Positions 52,691 through 64,000 of a stretch of 64,000 nt of DNA are shown here, piece by piece. This DNA is from Ramazzottius varieornatus (Eukaryota; Animalia; Tardigrada). The translations under genes and the position numbers were made by a program. Location: positions 1,121,036 through 1,185,035 of the forward strand of contig BDGG01000015.1 of NCBI GenBank assembly GCA_001949185.1, read 5' to 3'. Position 1 is the first letter of the stretch; each line of letters opens with the position of its first letter. The notes beneath the pieces are model-generated. The model was not told where the DNA came from. It did no database searches and was given only the letters and a program-made list of their open reading frames with translations.

Positions 52691-55600
52691 ATGATCTCAA
52701 ATTCTTACGGTACAACCAGACTTCCGAGAGCGATAATTCATTTACGACCAACAGCAGTGAAATTCTGCGTCGCTCAGCTGCTGCTCCATCTTTGCTCGAC
52801 GTAAGTTAAATACTTTAGAAGTGAGGTAGATAGAGTACAGTAGTTCGTCTGTCGCATTCGCGCCATTTCCGTTTTGGCGACATGTTCTAATTTCGTTGCA
52901 GGGTCATTTCTTCGTCCCCTTTGATACACGAAACCACGGATCCCGATATCGACTTGGAGGACATGGCCGTGATAATACGAAACTTGTCAGAGAACTATGA
53001 CATTCGTTTGCGGCCAGGATTCGGTGGTAAGTAAGCTAATCCCATAAGTACCAGTCTTGTCTGTTTTTTCACACTGGGGCTAAGAGCAAAGAGGCGTTGG
53101 GCAATAAGGGCTGCAAGCCAGGATAAGGAAAAGCTGATAATCAACTTTGGGGATGACATTTTGGCTTAGTGTGGCTGGGCGTGTTTGGTTTGTCACAGTA
53201 CAACAACATAAAGAATGGTTGGCTGCAGCTACTCGACCTCACATGCTGGATCCATGTCGGTGATTATTGGATTCTCTCGGGGTGACGTGCTGGTTTGCGC
53301 GCAATGTGTCGGACTAAAGAGCGGAAGTGATCACCAGCGATCATGTCGACAAGGCCGCTTTTGTCGGACTTCGCCTTGATGGCATTCTGTTGCAAATTGA
53401 ACTCACAAAAAGAGCCTTTTAGTAACTGGTTGATCTTATTTCCTTCTGTTTCACAAACTACCCTAACAAAAGATTAATTCGTCAAGCGATATTAGCCCAT
53501 TGTGCGACGAACTGGCCTTGTGAAATTTAATTATTTTCAATAGGACAATCGGTCCGCTTTACTAATTCAAGTCGTTACCATCAAGGAATGTGTGGAGAAC
53601 GAGCGCGGATGGTAATGGACATTAGGACAGGCTTGATGGATTCGCGAACCCATCCGCACTGTCTTAAGATTAGAAATCGTAACTTGGGTCACAGGATGAA
53701 ATCCGGGAGGAGAGCCCCCTCACCGTGCATCCTTTCTTCTGTTTTCTTAGCTTGGCGAAATTTGCTTAATGCTTCTGTCAACTTTACTGTTGACTGAGCT
53801 GGCTATCTCCAGATCCCTGCTGCTTCTCTCAACTCTCCCTTAACGATTTCTCCACCTACCCCACACCAAGCTCTTCGGCGTGACAATTGTCTATCGAAGG
53901 CCGGTCTTCTGTCGCCATGTTCTTGTAACGTTCAGTACGGTCAAAAGCTAGTTATTATCTCCTAACGTACAATAAGATTCAAGTACGATCGGTAAAAGCG
54001 TGATGGGAGGCCTTTGTCTCGCACCAAACTCTCATTGGTCATTCGTGCAGAAACTTACATTAGATTCATGACTCACGAGGTGTATTTTCATGTCTTGCAG
54101 GTCAATCGTTGTACTTGGACATGGAGCTTTCCGTCGCCAGCTTTGAAAGTATATCGGAGGTTAACATGGTGAGTGAATTCAGAGAACCCGGAAGTGACTT
54201 AAAGTTCAAAAATATTGCGCATACAACCATTGCGAGAATGTTCAGGCTAGACGAGCATGCAGCACGCTCTTGATGTCCTTTTCCATGTAATTATCCATTC
54301 TATTTCGGGACTTGCGGAAAGCACAGACTTTAATCGATCGTCTTATGCATTCTTTATTTCGTAGGATTACACACTGACGCTGTATTTGCGACAATACTGG
54401 CGCGACGAAAGACTTGCCTTTGCTCCCAAAGCTAATGTGCAAATTACCCTTTCTGGAGAATTTGCCAACCAAATTTGGGTTCCTGACACTTTTCTGGCCA
54501 ACGATAAACACTCGTACTTGCACGACGTAACCGAGAAGAACAAGATGGTGCGGCTCTCCGGAGACGGCAACGTCGAGTACGGCATGAGGTCAGTTGTCAT
54601 CGCGCTGTACCATCCGCTCTTTTGTGGGCCGATGCCGTTTTACCGCGTTGTTCAGTTCCCTATCATTGTTATGCAAGGCGGCAGTTCCTCATTTCCTCAC
54701 GCACATTTGCTTTCAGATTCACAACCACTTTGGCCTGTATGATGGACCTCCATTACTATCCTTTAGACACTCAAAACTGCACCGTCGAGATCGAAAGCTG
54801 TAAATATCACTACGTCTTTTATACCCTATACAATACTTTTACAGCTTTGGTATAATTACTCCGGCCACGACATATAATACCTTTCAGATGGCTACACCAC
54901 CACAGACGTCGTCATGCGATGGAAGAACGGGACAGCATCCATTCACGATATCGAAGGAATCGAGATTCCACAGTTTACCATAGCGAATTACTTTACATAC
55001 TCAACCGAAGTGGTTCTGGCCACAGGTTCGTCCCGATCCACTTTCCCATATATACAAATACCATAGTACCATAGTCTGACTATTGCGCTTTTGCAGGTGC
55101 CTACCGCCGACTGTTCCTCAAATTCACCCTGAAACGAAACATTGGATATTTTGTCTTTCAAACATATCTGCCTTGTATATTGATTGTGATGCTCAGCTGG
55201 GTATCTTTCTGGATCAACCATGAAGCAACTTCGGCACGTGTAGCCTTGGGTAAGGTCCGGGACTGACGTCTCTTGCTCCAACAATTTTCGGCATGCTGGG
55301 GTCCCCGGGGCACTTTTCATCTGTGCTGCACGTATTTACAGGAATCACGACAGTACTGACGATGACGACAATCAGCACAGGAGTACGATCCAACTTACCG
55401 CGGATCTCTTACGTCAAAGCCATCGATATCTACCTGGTCAAGTGCTTTATCTTCGTCTTTGCTGCCTTGCTGGAGTACGCTTTGGTGAACTACACCTACT
55501 GGGGAGCTCGAGCCAAGAAGAAAGCCAAGAAATACAAGGATAACATCAACGACGCCACAACAAGCCGGACCATCTACTCAGTATGTCCGCATGTCATGAT

Positions 55601-56087
55601 GGAGAGAAGCCGTACAGAAGAATACATACGACTACTTTGTACTGTTCATCTTTTACAGAACGATAACATCATCGGGTTCGACGACATTCGAATGTCCCCG
55701 CTCCCGGGTCTAAGAAAGCGGCAGAACGTCAACTTTGACTCATCGGTGGACCAAAACAATGACCGAAGGATGCAATCACCCACAATGGGCAATAATTTAG
55801 CAGGGGCTGCCTACCCTGCCTCCTCGCGTCCGCGAGACAGGGGAACGACAGCATACTCTTACCACAAGTCCTACAGGGACACCAGGGCGGCGCGATCTAC
55901 GACCAATCTTACACAGAAGCGCCGAATGTTCCACAGTTTCCGCCAACGAGTAAATATCTTGCAGAAGAGCTTGCCAAAGATCCAAGATGTTAACAAAATT
56001 GACCGGTATAGTCGCCTTTTCTTCCCACTAATCTTCTTCATATGTAACCTAGTGTACTGGTGTTTTTACACGTTTGTTCCCAGCTGA
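52691..56087 (+). CDS. Lcch3: Cys-loop ligand-gated chloride channel subunit, LCCH3/GABA-A beta-like
   Basis: Exons approx. 52691-52800, 52902-53026, 54101-54168, 54365-54588, 54717-54799, 54888-55025, 55097-55249, 55342-55580, 55659-56087. [22 protein letters not shown], Cys-loop [23 protein letters not shown]2 [25 protein letters not shown]4 [13 protein letters not shown]. An additional upstream exon is possible. Confidence 0.94.
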
Positions 56088-57689
56088 GCGTATGGACCGC
56101 AAGAAACTTTTTCACTGTGATACTGTACATTATACACCATCTTGAACAGAAATTTCCATCTGTCATGACGTACTTCGGCACCTCAAAGCTAAGACCATAA
56201 ATTTGGACGAATATCGAAACGAAACAACGAAGCTAAATTATTGTACAAGATGGGCTCTAATGAATACTTCGCACGGTTATTTCAGTTAAACTTGTCTACC
56301 GACACGTCGACTTCTTTGCCCACTTCCGCCAACGCTGATGGTCAGCTTTTCCCGGTCCCATTCGATACTCATTTCCGCCTTCACAGCACTCGTACTGCAG
56401 ATCCAAAGGACTATTTGCGAAGATTTACGGTTCATTGGTGAAACCCGAGTCATCAAACCCGTATGAACATTAATACTTAGCATACAGAAAATGAGGACCT
56501 ATGTAGAATTTAGTGTGGTCGATTGCTGAAGCTTCCCTTATGCGACGCTTCACTTCTGGACCAACTGTCTCTTCCAGAGTTTTTGGCGATGAGTCCAGCT
56601 ATTCGAGCTGCGGTTTCCAAAAGTGATGGGGGGTGTCGTATGGCCAACAAAGCTTGTGGTCTGACTATCCGTCCCAGGTGGCATTCGAGGTTCCAGTCGC
56701 TGCCAACACCCGGCAGAACTGTCATGGCTGCTTAATTCCTTCCCATCCGAACCGGCGTAGTCGTCATCCATCTCTACTGCATCGTTGTAAAGCTTGATGT
56801 GCTCCGTCGTCAATATTCGCGGAGGACGTTTGTCCCAGTGGTACCAATACCACCGTTTTTTTATCACTCACGAATCAAGAAAGGGTGAATACTGGAACGA
56901 CGAGATGAAGACCCTGATGCAGCGATTCCACTTCATCACGGAGAACCATTACGGACCTCCGTAGTGAGTGATTCTACTTTCGATCATTTCGAGTCGGTTA
57001 TGACAGGAGAAGTGGAATCACTCATTTTGGAGCTCTTGACGGAAGTCCGTGATAGCTTCTCGTAATGACTTCTATATGACTCTACGTAAATTAAGAAAAG
57101 TGCGAAATGCACCGCGTCCGACATGAGCGATAACGCGACACAACATTCGGTAGATTGAAATATATGGTGGTTTGAACGGAAGACCCGGAAATACAGTGCG
57201 GGAGCAACCAGGAAGGAACACAAAAACTCCGAAATTTATTAATTGACGTAATCCCTGTTATATTCCCGTAGACTACTACATGTAGAACTTTCGACAAGAA
57301 ATTACGACAGTTATGAGGTATATTCTACTTCCTCGTTCCAACCAGTAATCAAAAATACGTGATGGGTCCGGAGATTGCTCCTCTCCCGAGATGACGTTTT
57401 CCGTGATGGTTTTTTCTAGTTATGGTAATGGAAAATTTTCAAAAGAGCAAAAACGCGCCAGTTACGAGGAGTGGAATCGCTGCATGAAAGACAATTGACG
57501 AAACCTACAAACTTCACCTTTTCGACCGACAGACCGAACCCTTTTCGGGGAGGCATCGTGTTTGCAATGCAGTTGTAAAGAGTGATAATAAAGGTTGGTC
57601 CAGAGAACTGATAATAATTCTTATAATGGTTTAACGACCACTGGTAGGTCAGAAAGTCCGAAAAACAGTCCTGAAAGACTCCTCTGTAG

Positions 57690-59040
57690 ATGAGATCGAA
57701 GACGACGAAATGTGACCGTGTTCTGCATCAGCAGTAGATGATCCTTCCAGAAGCAAGATGCGATGTCCAGGTACTGACGCGACGGACAAGGGTGAAATGC
57801 GGAGTGGGCTGAAATGTGGGCATGGTTTCTGCGGCGAATGCTGGAAGACCTACTTGCACAGCCAAGTCGACGCAGAAGCCTCCAGCGGAGCCATCCAGTG
57901 TCCCCAGAATGGCTGCCACACAGTGATGGACGATCTCTTCGTCATGGAAATGAGCGACGACTACGACATCTTGTGGGACGGACATCGTCAGAAACTTGTG
58001 AATCGTTTTGTGGCAGGAAGTGCAATTATACGCTGGTGCCCGAAGGTCAGTTGCGGGTCCGCCATTCGGATGAACGCTGAAGACGAGGACTCGAATGCAG
58101 TCACCTGTGCTACTTGCTCCGCTGAATTCTGTTTTCCTTGCCGACTAGCGCTTCACGAACCTATCTCCTGCCAGATCATGATGCGATGGAAGGAAGAGTA
58201 CGAAGCGGAAGGTGCGGATGTTGAGTACCTGCTCACTCGCACAAAGCTCTGTCCAAAGTGCGATCTTATTGAAAGAATCGCTGGAGGTAAGGACTAGCTG
58301 GTTTCCTGTTCACAGTACAAGAAACATGCAACCCAGTTCCCATAGAGGGCTTTCTCTTTGCAGCTGTGTGGATGATATGTCCGGAAACTACATGCCACTA
58401 TCGTTTTTGCCGGGACTGTCTTGGTCCTGTGACTTCTCACGGAAAAAGGCCAGGACGCGGTTGCGAAGCGTAAGAAATAACCACTTGAACTTGTCGATTG
58501 ACACTTGGTGGTTTCTTACTTAGTTTTCCGTTCTAGAGCTAAAGACTGGAGAAAAGATATTCACAATCCAGAGAGCCAAGCCAGACAAGAACGAGCAAAC
58601 TTGGTGCAGTTTTCTCTCTGTTACTGCTCATACAGGGCCCACGCAGAGAAGCTCCGTTCGGAGTAGGAAGGCGAGAAGACCCTGCAGCAAATGATGGGGA
58701 ACTTGAGGGAAAAGCTTCGGTTGTTCGAGTTGAAGGTGTTGGGCGATAGTCATGTTACTTTGCTGAAGGGTCGCCGAGCTGTGCAGGACAGTTTAGCCTT
58801 TTTGTATTGTTCAAAAGATAGTCCGGAGAGAAACACGTTCGAATATAGCCAGAGGAATGTCTTCAGACAAATGTCGAAGTGCTCTCCGCACTCCTGAGCG
58901 GCAGCTGCTTCAAGACCAAGCAAGACCAACACAGGCTGGCCGTCATCGACAAGACCACATGCTGCCAGGGGCTGCTGACCGCTCTGACCAGACACATCCA
59001 AGAAGGCTTGAAGAACCAGACCTGGACCTTCGCTACGTAG
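57690..59040 (+). pseudogene. Ariadne (ARIH1-like) RBR E3 ligase pseudogene, copy 1
   Basis: RING1 remnant CGHGFCGECWKTYL...CPQNGC, IBR RWCPKVSC...CATCSAEFCFPC...HEPISC, RING2 KLCPKC...CHYRFCRDCLGP and an Ariadne-domain-like tail (HIQEGLKNQTW). In-frame TAG at 58664-58666, frameshift near 58868, first RING1 CxxC degenerate, catalytic Cys replaced. Introns retained. Confidence 0.8.
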
Positions 59041-59939
59041 AACCGACCACAAACAGATATTTTCCTCTTTGCTCTAGCACTTCTAAGTTTCGATTGCTGG
59101 CCTTTCTCTCCCACCATTACGTCCAAATCTTAACATGACGCCGCCGAATGAGTTTTTTATTTTATTTCATTTTACAGGCAAGATTTATTTCCGATGATCG
59201 ATTTCAGGCCTATTTATTGGCATGTCTTATTCTCGTGGTAGTATATGTGAGTCATGTCCACAACAAGCAACGTTGAAGTCGAGTGAATATTGCAAGCGAA
59301 AATAATTTATTTTCCGGACATCTTAACAGGATGGAAAGAGAACATGTCCTGAGCTCCCCGCATCCTGGTTCCCGTAACCGCCAACAGTTATCTCTAGCTC
59401 GCAATGCTGTATCGATGTTCAGCTTTTTAACCGGATGATGCTTCGCTGCTGGAGAAAGCTGTGTACGAGGAACCAAAGTCGCTACTGCATATATGAAACC
59501 CTCAAGATTGACCATCTTTGGCACATCTAGTCTGGACTCGTCAACCAGGTCACAGAAATTTTAGACGTAGGTACCAACGTGGTCGCGGCATGACCATACT
59601 GTTCTGGACAGACCCGTAATTTGATCTGGTGACGGAGACCCAAGGAAACACAATGCTATATTTTCTCGATTGCAGCTGTCTGACACCGAAGTCTGAGTCT
59701 TACTGGGCGCTTTCACGTGGGATACCGCAGCTTTGCTGCAGCGCTATTACGAGAACAAAGAGGCTGTCCTTGGAAGGACCAGCGTCCAGTGTTGCGAAAC
59801 GGACGATCAACAGGGTGTAAGTCGTAACAGTTGGACATCGCCCTACCTTCCATAAACTAATGCATAAATCCGCAGCTTTGTAGACTGGATGTGGTATTGC
59901 TTATCGACCGACAACCCCGAAGTTTGGAAGGAAGTGAAA

Positions 59940-60700
59940 TGTGGAAGGGGAAGTGAAATTCTGCGTGGACTGCTCGAAGTCTTCCTTGCACAGCCAAGAT
60001 GTTCCAAAGAATCTGTTTCTCAAGCGGGTTAGTGCCTCATGATTCAGTGCCGTGCGAGTACCTGGGCTGGTGGGAAGAGACGTGCCGGCAAGAAAATGCG
60101 GACGAAGTGTACTCCTCCTTGGCTCGTACAAAGCTCTGTCCAGAGTACGACCTTGTTACGGAAAACGTTGGAGCAGGTTATAATACCGTCAGCCGAATTA
60201 GTTTAACTTATGATGTGCCAATGAATTTCTGCACTGACACGAAACTTGGGTTCCGGCTGATGATAGGTGATTGGATGAGATGCACGGATGACACATGCAC
60301 ACATCATTTTTCCTCTGACAAGGAACTTGTCGCTCCTTGTCTGAAATAACACTTTTCCAGATAAAAACATCGTTTTAGGCACGAAGATATCAAAGATACA
60401 TAACCTCCAAAGTCAGCAACGACACGAACGAGTGGAGCAAGAGGGCCTTGCCCAGTCTTATAAAGAGTGGAAGATCCTCGTGGAAAACTTTCGTGAGATG
60501 CAAGAACGCCAGAAGGTGCTGAAAGAGATGATGGGGACGTTGCAAAGCAAAGGTAACGAAGACGAAAATTGAAACGCCTTGTTGAAATGCCTTCGGGTTT
60601 TGAAGGATACTTTTGCTTTCTCGTACTACCACCCAATACTTCAGCCATGGAGTGAGGTCCAGGGGCAACATGGCTTACAACAGAATATTATTTCACGGGC
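59940..60700 (+). pseudogene. Highly decayed second Ariadne-like copy
   Basis: DNA similarity to copy 1: TTCTGCGTGGACTGCTCGAAGTCTTCCTTGCACAGCCAAG vs TTCTGCGGCGAATGCTGGAAGACCTACTTGCACAGCCAAG; CTCGTACAAAGCTCTGTCCAGAGTACGACCTT vs CTCGCACAAAGCTCTGTCCAAAGTGCGATCTT; WMRCTDDTCTHHF remnant; internal deletion across most of the IBR. Ends approximate. Confidence 0.7.
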
Positions 60701-61969
60701 TCTCTAGCTCGATCTTTCACAGAGGTCTCCGCTCTTCAGCTCGGCGCGTCGTTATCGGACTTTCTGCCGATAGTCAAACTTTTTTTCCGTCCACAAACAA
60801 CTACGATATATTGTTGGCTGGGCCCGTACAGTGTTTTAGTGGTCGACGCGCATTAATTCTTTCCATCCATTTGCAACAAAGAACTGATGCAGGAGCTAAT
60901 CCAGGGTCCTGTCAAGCAAAACACTTCCATTCAAAAAAATGGAAGAGGAGATGTGTATACGTGCGGCATTAATGCTCACGACTAACGATGTCTGGCTAAC
61001 GACGTTGGAGTAACAGCGCGGGCTCGACACGGACGATGAAAAACAATAGTCGAAGCATCAGAGTTGTCTTTGCGCTAAATTACCTCGAAGGGAGAACAGT
61101 GCCAGCCTTGTCAGGAAATTTGTCAAAGACATACAGTACTTCTTCGGGAGAAGATGCAGTATTAAATGTGGCAAGTTGCGAATGGAAGACAACTTGCTTT
61201 CAAGGTTGGAGCATTCCAGTCTATCCAAGCGGATGTAACGACACCCAGTTCCTCCTTTCACTATGCCCGCACTCCGTGGAACAGTCCAGGGAGCGATGCG
61301 ATTTCCGAGAGAAAACAGGAGCTCAAAGCTGTAAAGACACGAGCAATTCGTCTTCTGCAGAGGCAGCTCGTAATAATAGGCATCATGATCGTTTAATCCC
61401 CATTATTTAGTCATCAAACTTTAGTGTTGGATTTGAGCCATTCAGCCTGGCTTTTCCACCGGGGACCTCGCACAGGAAAGTGAGAACTGGCGGGTTCCAC
61501 GATCGCCAAGTCGATGGGTTGCATTGGGAGGGGGCGTTGCTTTATTATCGCGGAACAAGGCACTTGCAGCTGCACGCCAATGGCGTTCGTCAATGGGCAT
61601 CGCCTTTATTCACCACAGACACATCGCGGGCGGCCAGAATAAAAGTGGATTAGTCAGTCGTCGATCCTGCTTAATACCGCAGTGTTGGGGAGAGGAGGAC
61701 GGAAAGGATATACCTTGGTAGCTTGATCTATCCCATCCATAAGTCGACAGGGTTCCCCACATTTTTTTGACTTGGTATATACTCTTTTTTCCCCAGCTGT
61801 TGTGGATGCCCTATCGGTTGAAGCTGCCTGCGGTCTGACAGATGTCCTCCAGCCTTCTTTTTGTCCCGCAATAGTTAACTTCTAAGCTTTCATCCTGGGG
61901 AGCTTGAGCTGGTTAGAGAGTTTCCTGCTCTGATTACTTCCTTCAGCTCCAAGCGCCTAACGCACCGTT

Positions 61970-62868
61970 ATGCAGCAGGACCAGGAAGCGGATGGCCATA
62001 ATCATCAGCCTTTGTCATTGAGCAACCAAACTAACGACAAGCTCCCGCATGGCTTTATTTATGGCACGGATATTATTGAGGTGAACATTGGTGGTGTTCT
62101 TTGTAAGTACTACCAAGCGTTTCTTCCAAGGCGGAGTATAGGTTAACGCCAGAACCTACCTTCACTATCATTATTTTCTCCAGATTCGACAACGTTAAGT
62201 ACCTTGACAAAAGATGAGGACTCCTTGCTGGCCAGGATGTTTAGCCGGGATTCTTCCCTGCTTTTGCCAAAAGACTCCAAGGTAGTTCCGGATCAGTTGC
62301 CAACAGCGGACAGGGAGCCCTTGAAATTCACAAATGTGTTTTCTCTCACTACAGGGTCGACCTTTCATGGACCGGTATGTCTTACTGGACGCAGATCTAC
62401 ATCTTACTGTAGTAGATACCTCTGAGCGAAGATATTTTGCATATCGTTATTAGGGCGTGTCTTGCTTTTTTGAATATACATATATATTGGGTCAGTGAGC
62501 AATGTTCGTTGACGGTTTCTCTTCGTTGCAGGGATGGTGTCCTATTTCGATACATACTCGATTATCTTCGCCATGGTCGGCTGATTCTTCCCGAAAACTT
62601 TTACGAGAAGGATCGACTAAGAGCGGAAGCGGAGCATTTTAGATTACGGCGGATGATTAAAAGTTTGGATAACAGCGTCGGCATGGCGGGAGCTAGCGGA
62701 GCAGCTCGCTCACAAAATTCGCTCGCCCAGCCCGCCTATAAAAATCAATCTTCCACCAGCAACTCCATGCAGTCCCTGACAATGAGTCCCAGCTCCGAAC
62801 AGAGCCAGCAAGCCTTTATCACCATAGGTTATAGGGGGACCTTCTTCTCGGGGACCGGGCCGGCTGAA
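61970..62868 (+). CDS. BTB/T1-domain KCTD protein of the KCTD8/12/16 (Drosophila Ktl) clade, 5' part only
   Basis: Exons 61970-62102, 62184-62281, 62355-62374, 62532-62868: IIEVNIGGVLYSTTLSTL...SLLARMFS...KDSKGRPFMDRDGVLFRYILDYLR...LRAEAEHFRL, then the H1-domain start FITIGYRGTF and a GT donor. The next exon was not found inside the window. Confidence 0.9.
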
Positions 62869-64000
62869 GTGAGTTTATCCTAATAAACAGCTTCTCTAAC
62901 TGCCATTTTATTGAATGATCAGACGCGTAACTCGAGTTGGGTGATTGTGGCAGACAAATGTGCTTTCCCAGAGAGCCAAGCGTTGCAACGGAGAACTTTG
63001 GAGAGCTAGTTCCTCTTTCGTCCTCGATTGCATTCAAATTTATTCGGGGTTATCAGGGACGCACTCAGTTGCCACATGGCAAATACTAAGATGCTCTTTG
63101 TCAGGAATCTTGACCAAATCAAATTTTGTACTTTCATGGTAATCCTTGGAATGATCCTCTCTAAATCTTTCTAATCAAGCTGGTCATACGGGAACTGGCA
63201 TCTCAACAGTAACAATCGACCAACTGTACTGTACTGTATATACATCAGCGAATCTTTACGGCACTCTCCGCTTCATCGCTTCTACCCAGGCCTCGCCAGC
63301 GCAGCGATAACGTTTTCGCTTCCCGCTTGAGCAACAGACTGGGATTAATGGGTAAAAATATCCCATCGATTTCATGATAGTCAAGTAAACTGCTGATATT
63401 TAAACCTCAGAGGAAAAGTTGTTTTACGAATAGTGGCAACCGATAGTCAAGCAAGGTTAATTTTCTATGCAAATAGGGCACAAAAGAGCCAACTTCCGCC
63501 TAGATACAGTACATAGTAACATAACACGGAAACGCCATTAATTTCTCCATAATAAATTCTCGCTGGCAGCGACATAAACGAAATTCTTTTTTCAAACTTT
63601 TTCTCCCGGAAATTTGTGTCCCAGTTGTCCAGATCTGTCTTCAACTGAGATTTTAATACACTTTTATATTGCAGGGAAAGGACGTCAAGTTTCGTAAAAT
63701 AACAAGGATCCTGGTCCATGGAAAGGTACGCTATCCATCGTTCAGCGATGAAGCTGACAGACCGGTTATTGTTCTTGTCAGCTGACAAGCCAGATCCTCA
63801 TAAGAAAATGAGGATCCAGTTGAGCGGAGTTTTTCGTATCCTCGGGGGAGTCCATAGCATGTGATCCCTGTCAGACTAACCAAGTTTGACTTGATGGTTG
63901 GTGCAGGTGGCAATCTGCCGAGAAATCTTCGGAGAGTCCCTGAACGAGTCACGAGATCCGGACCGAGGATCTAACGACCGTTACTCATCGCGCTTCTTCC

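Overview
Eukaryotic, gene-dense invertebrate DNA with many short (about 55-100 bp) GT-AG introns. The compactness and gene set look tardigrade-like, but that is inference only. No prokaryotic features, CRISPR arrays, rRNA or tRNA were recognised. Spliced genes reconstructed by eye, in order: calcineurin A (+), a divergent ERICH6/FAM194-like gene with six unrecognised ~49-aa repeats (-), a large lipid transfer protein of vitellogenin/apolipophorin type (-), Homer (-), FOXO (+), a PAR-bZIP factor (-), CHD7/kismet (-), an LCCH3/GABA-A-beta-like Cys-loop receptor (+), two decayed Ariadne RBR copies (+), and the 5' part of a KCTD8/12/16-like gene (+). Two copies of a TA-flanked ~160-170 bp MITE lie in introns. 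Three observations stand out. (1) The lipid transfer protein has no VWD domain and instead carries a ~325-aa Gln/Ser/Pro/Tyr/Gly-rich cassette with five Cys pairs, bracketed by two furin-type sites, i.e. a possible excisable structural peptide carried by a yolk/lipoprotein precursor. (2) The ERICH6-like protein has a repeat module I do not recognise. (3) The beta-like GABA subunit has an RDL/alpha-type loop D Arg. Exon boundaries are manual and may be off by a few nt.
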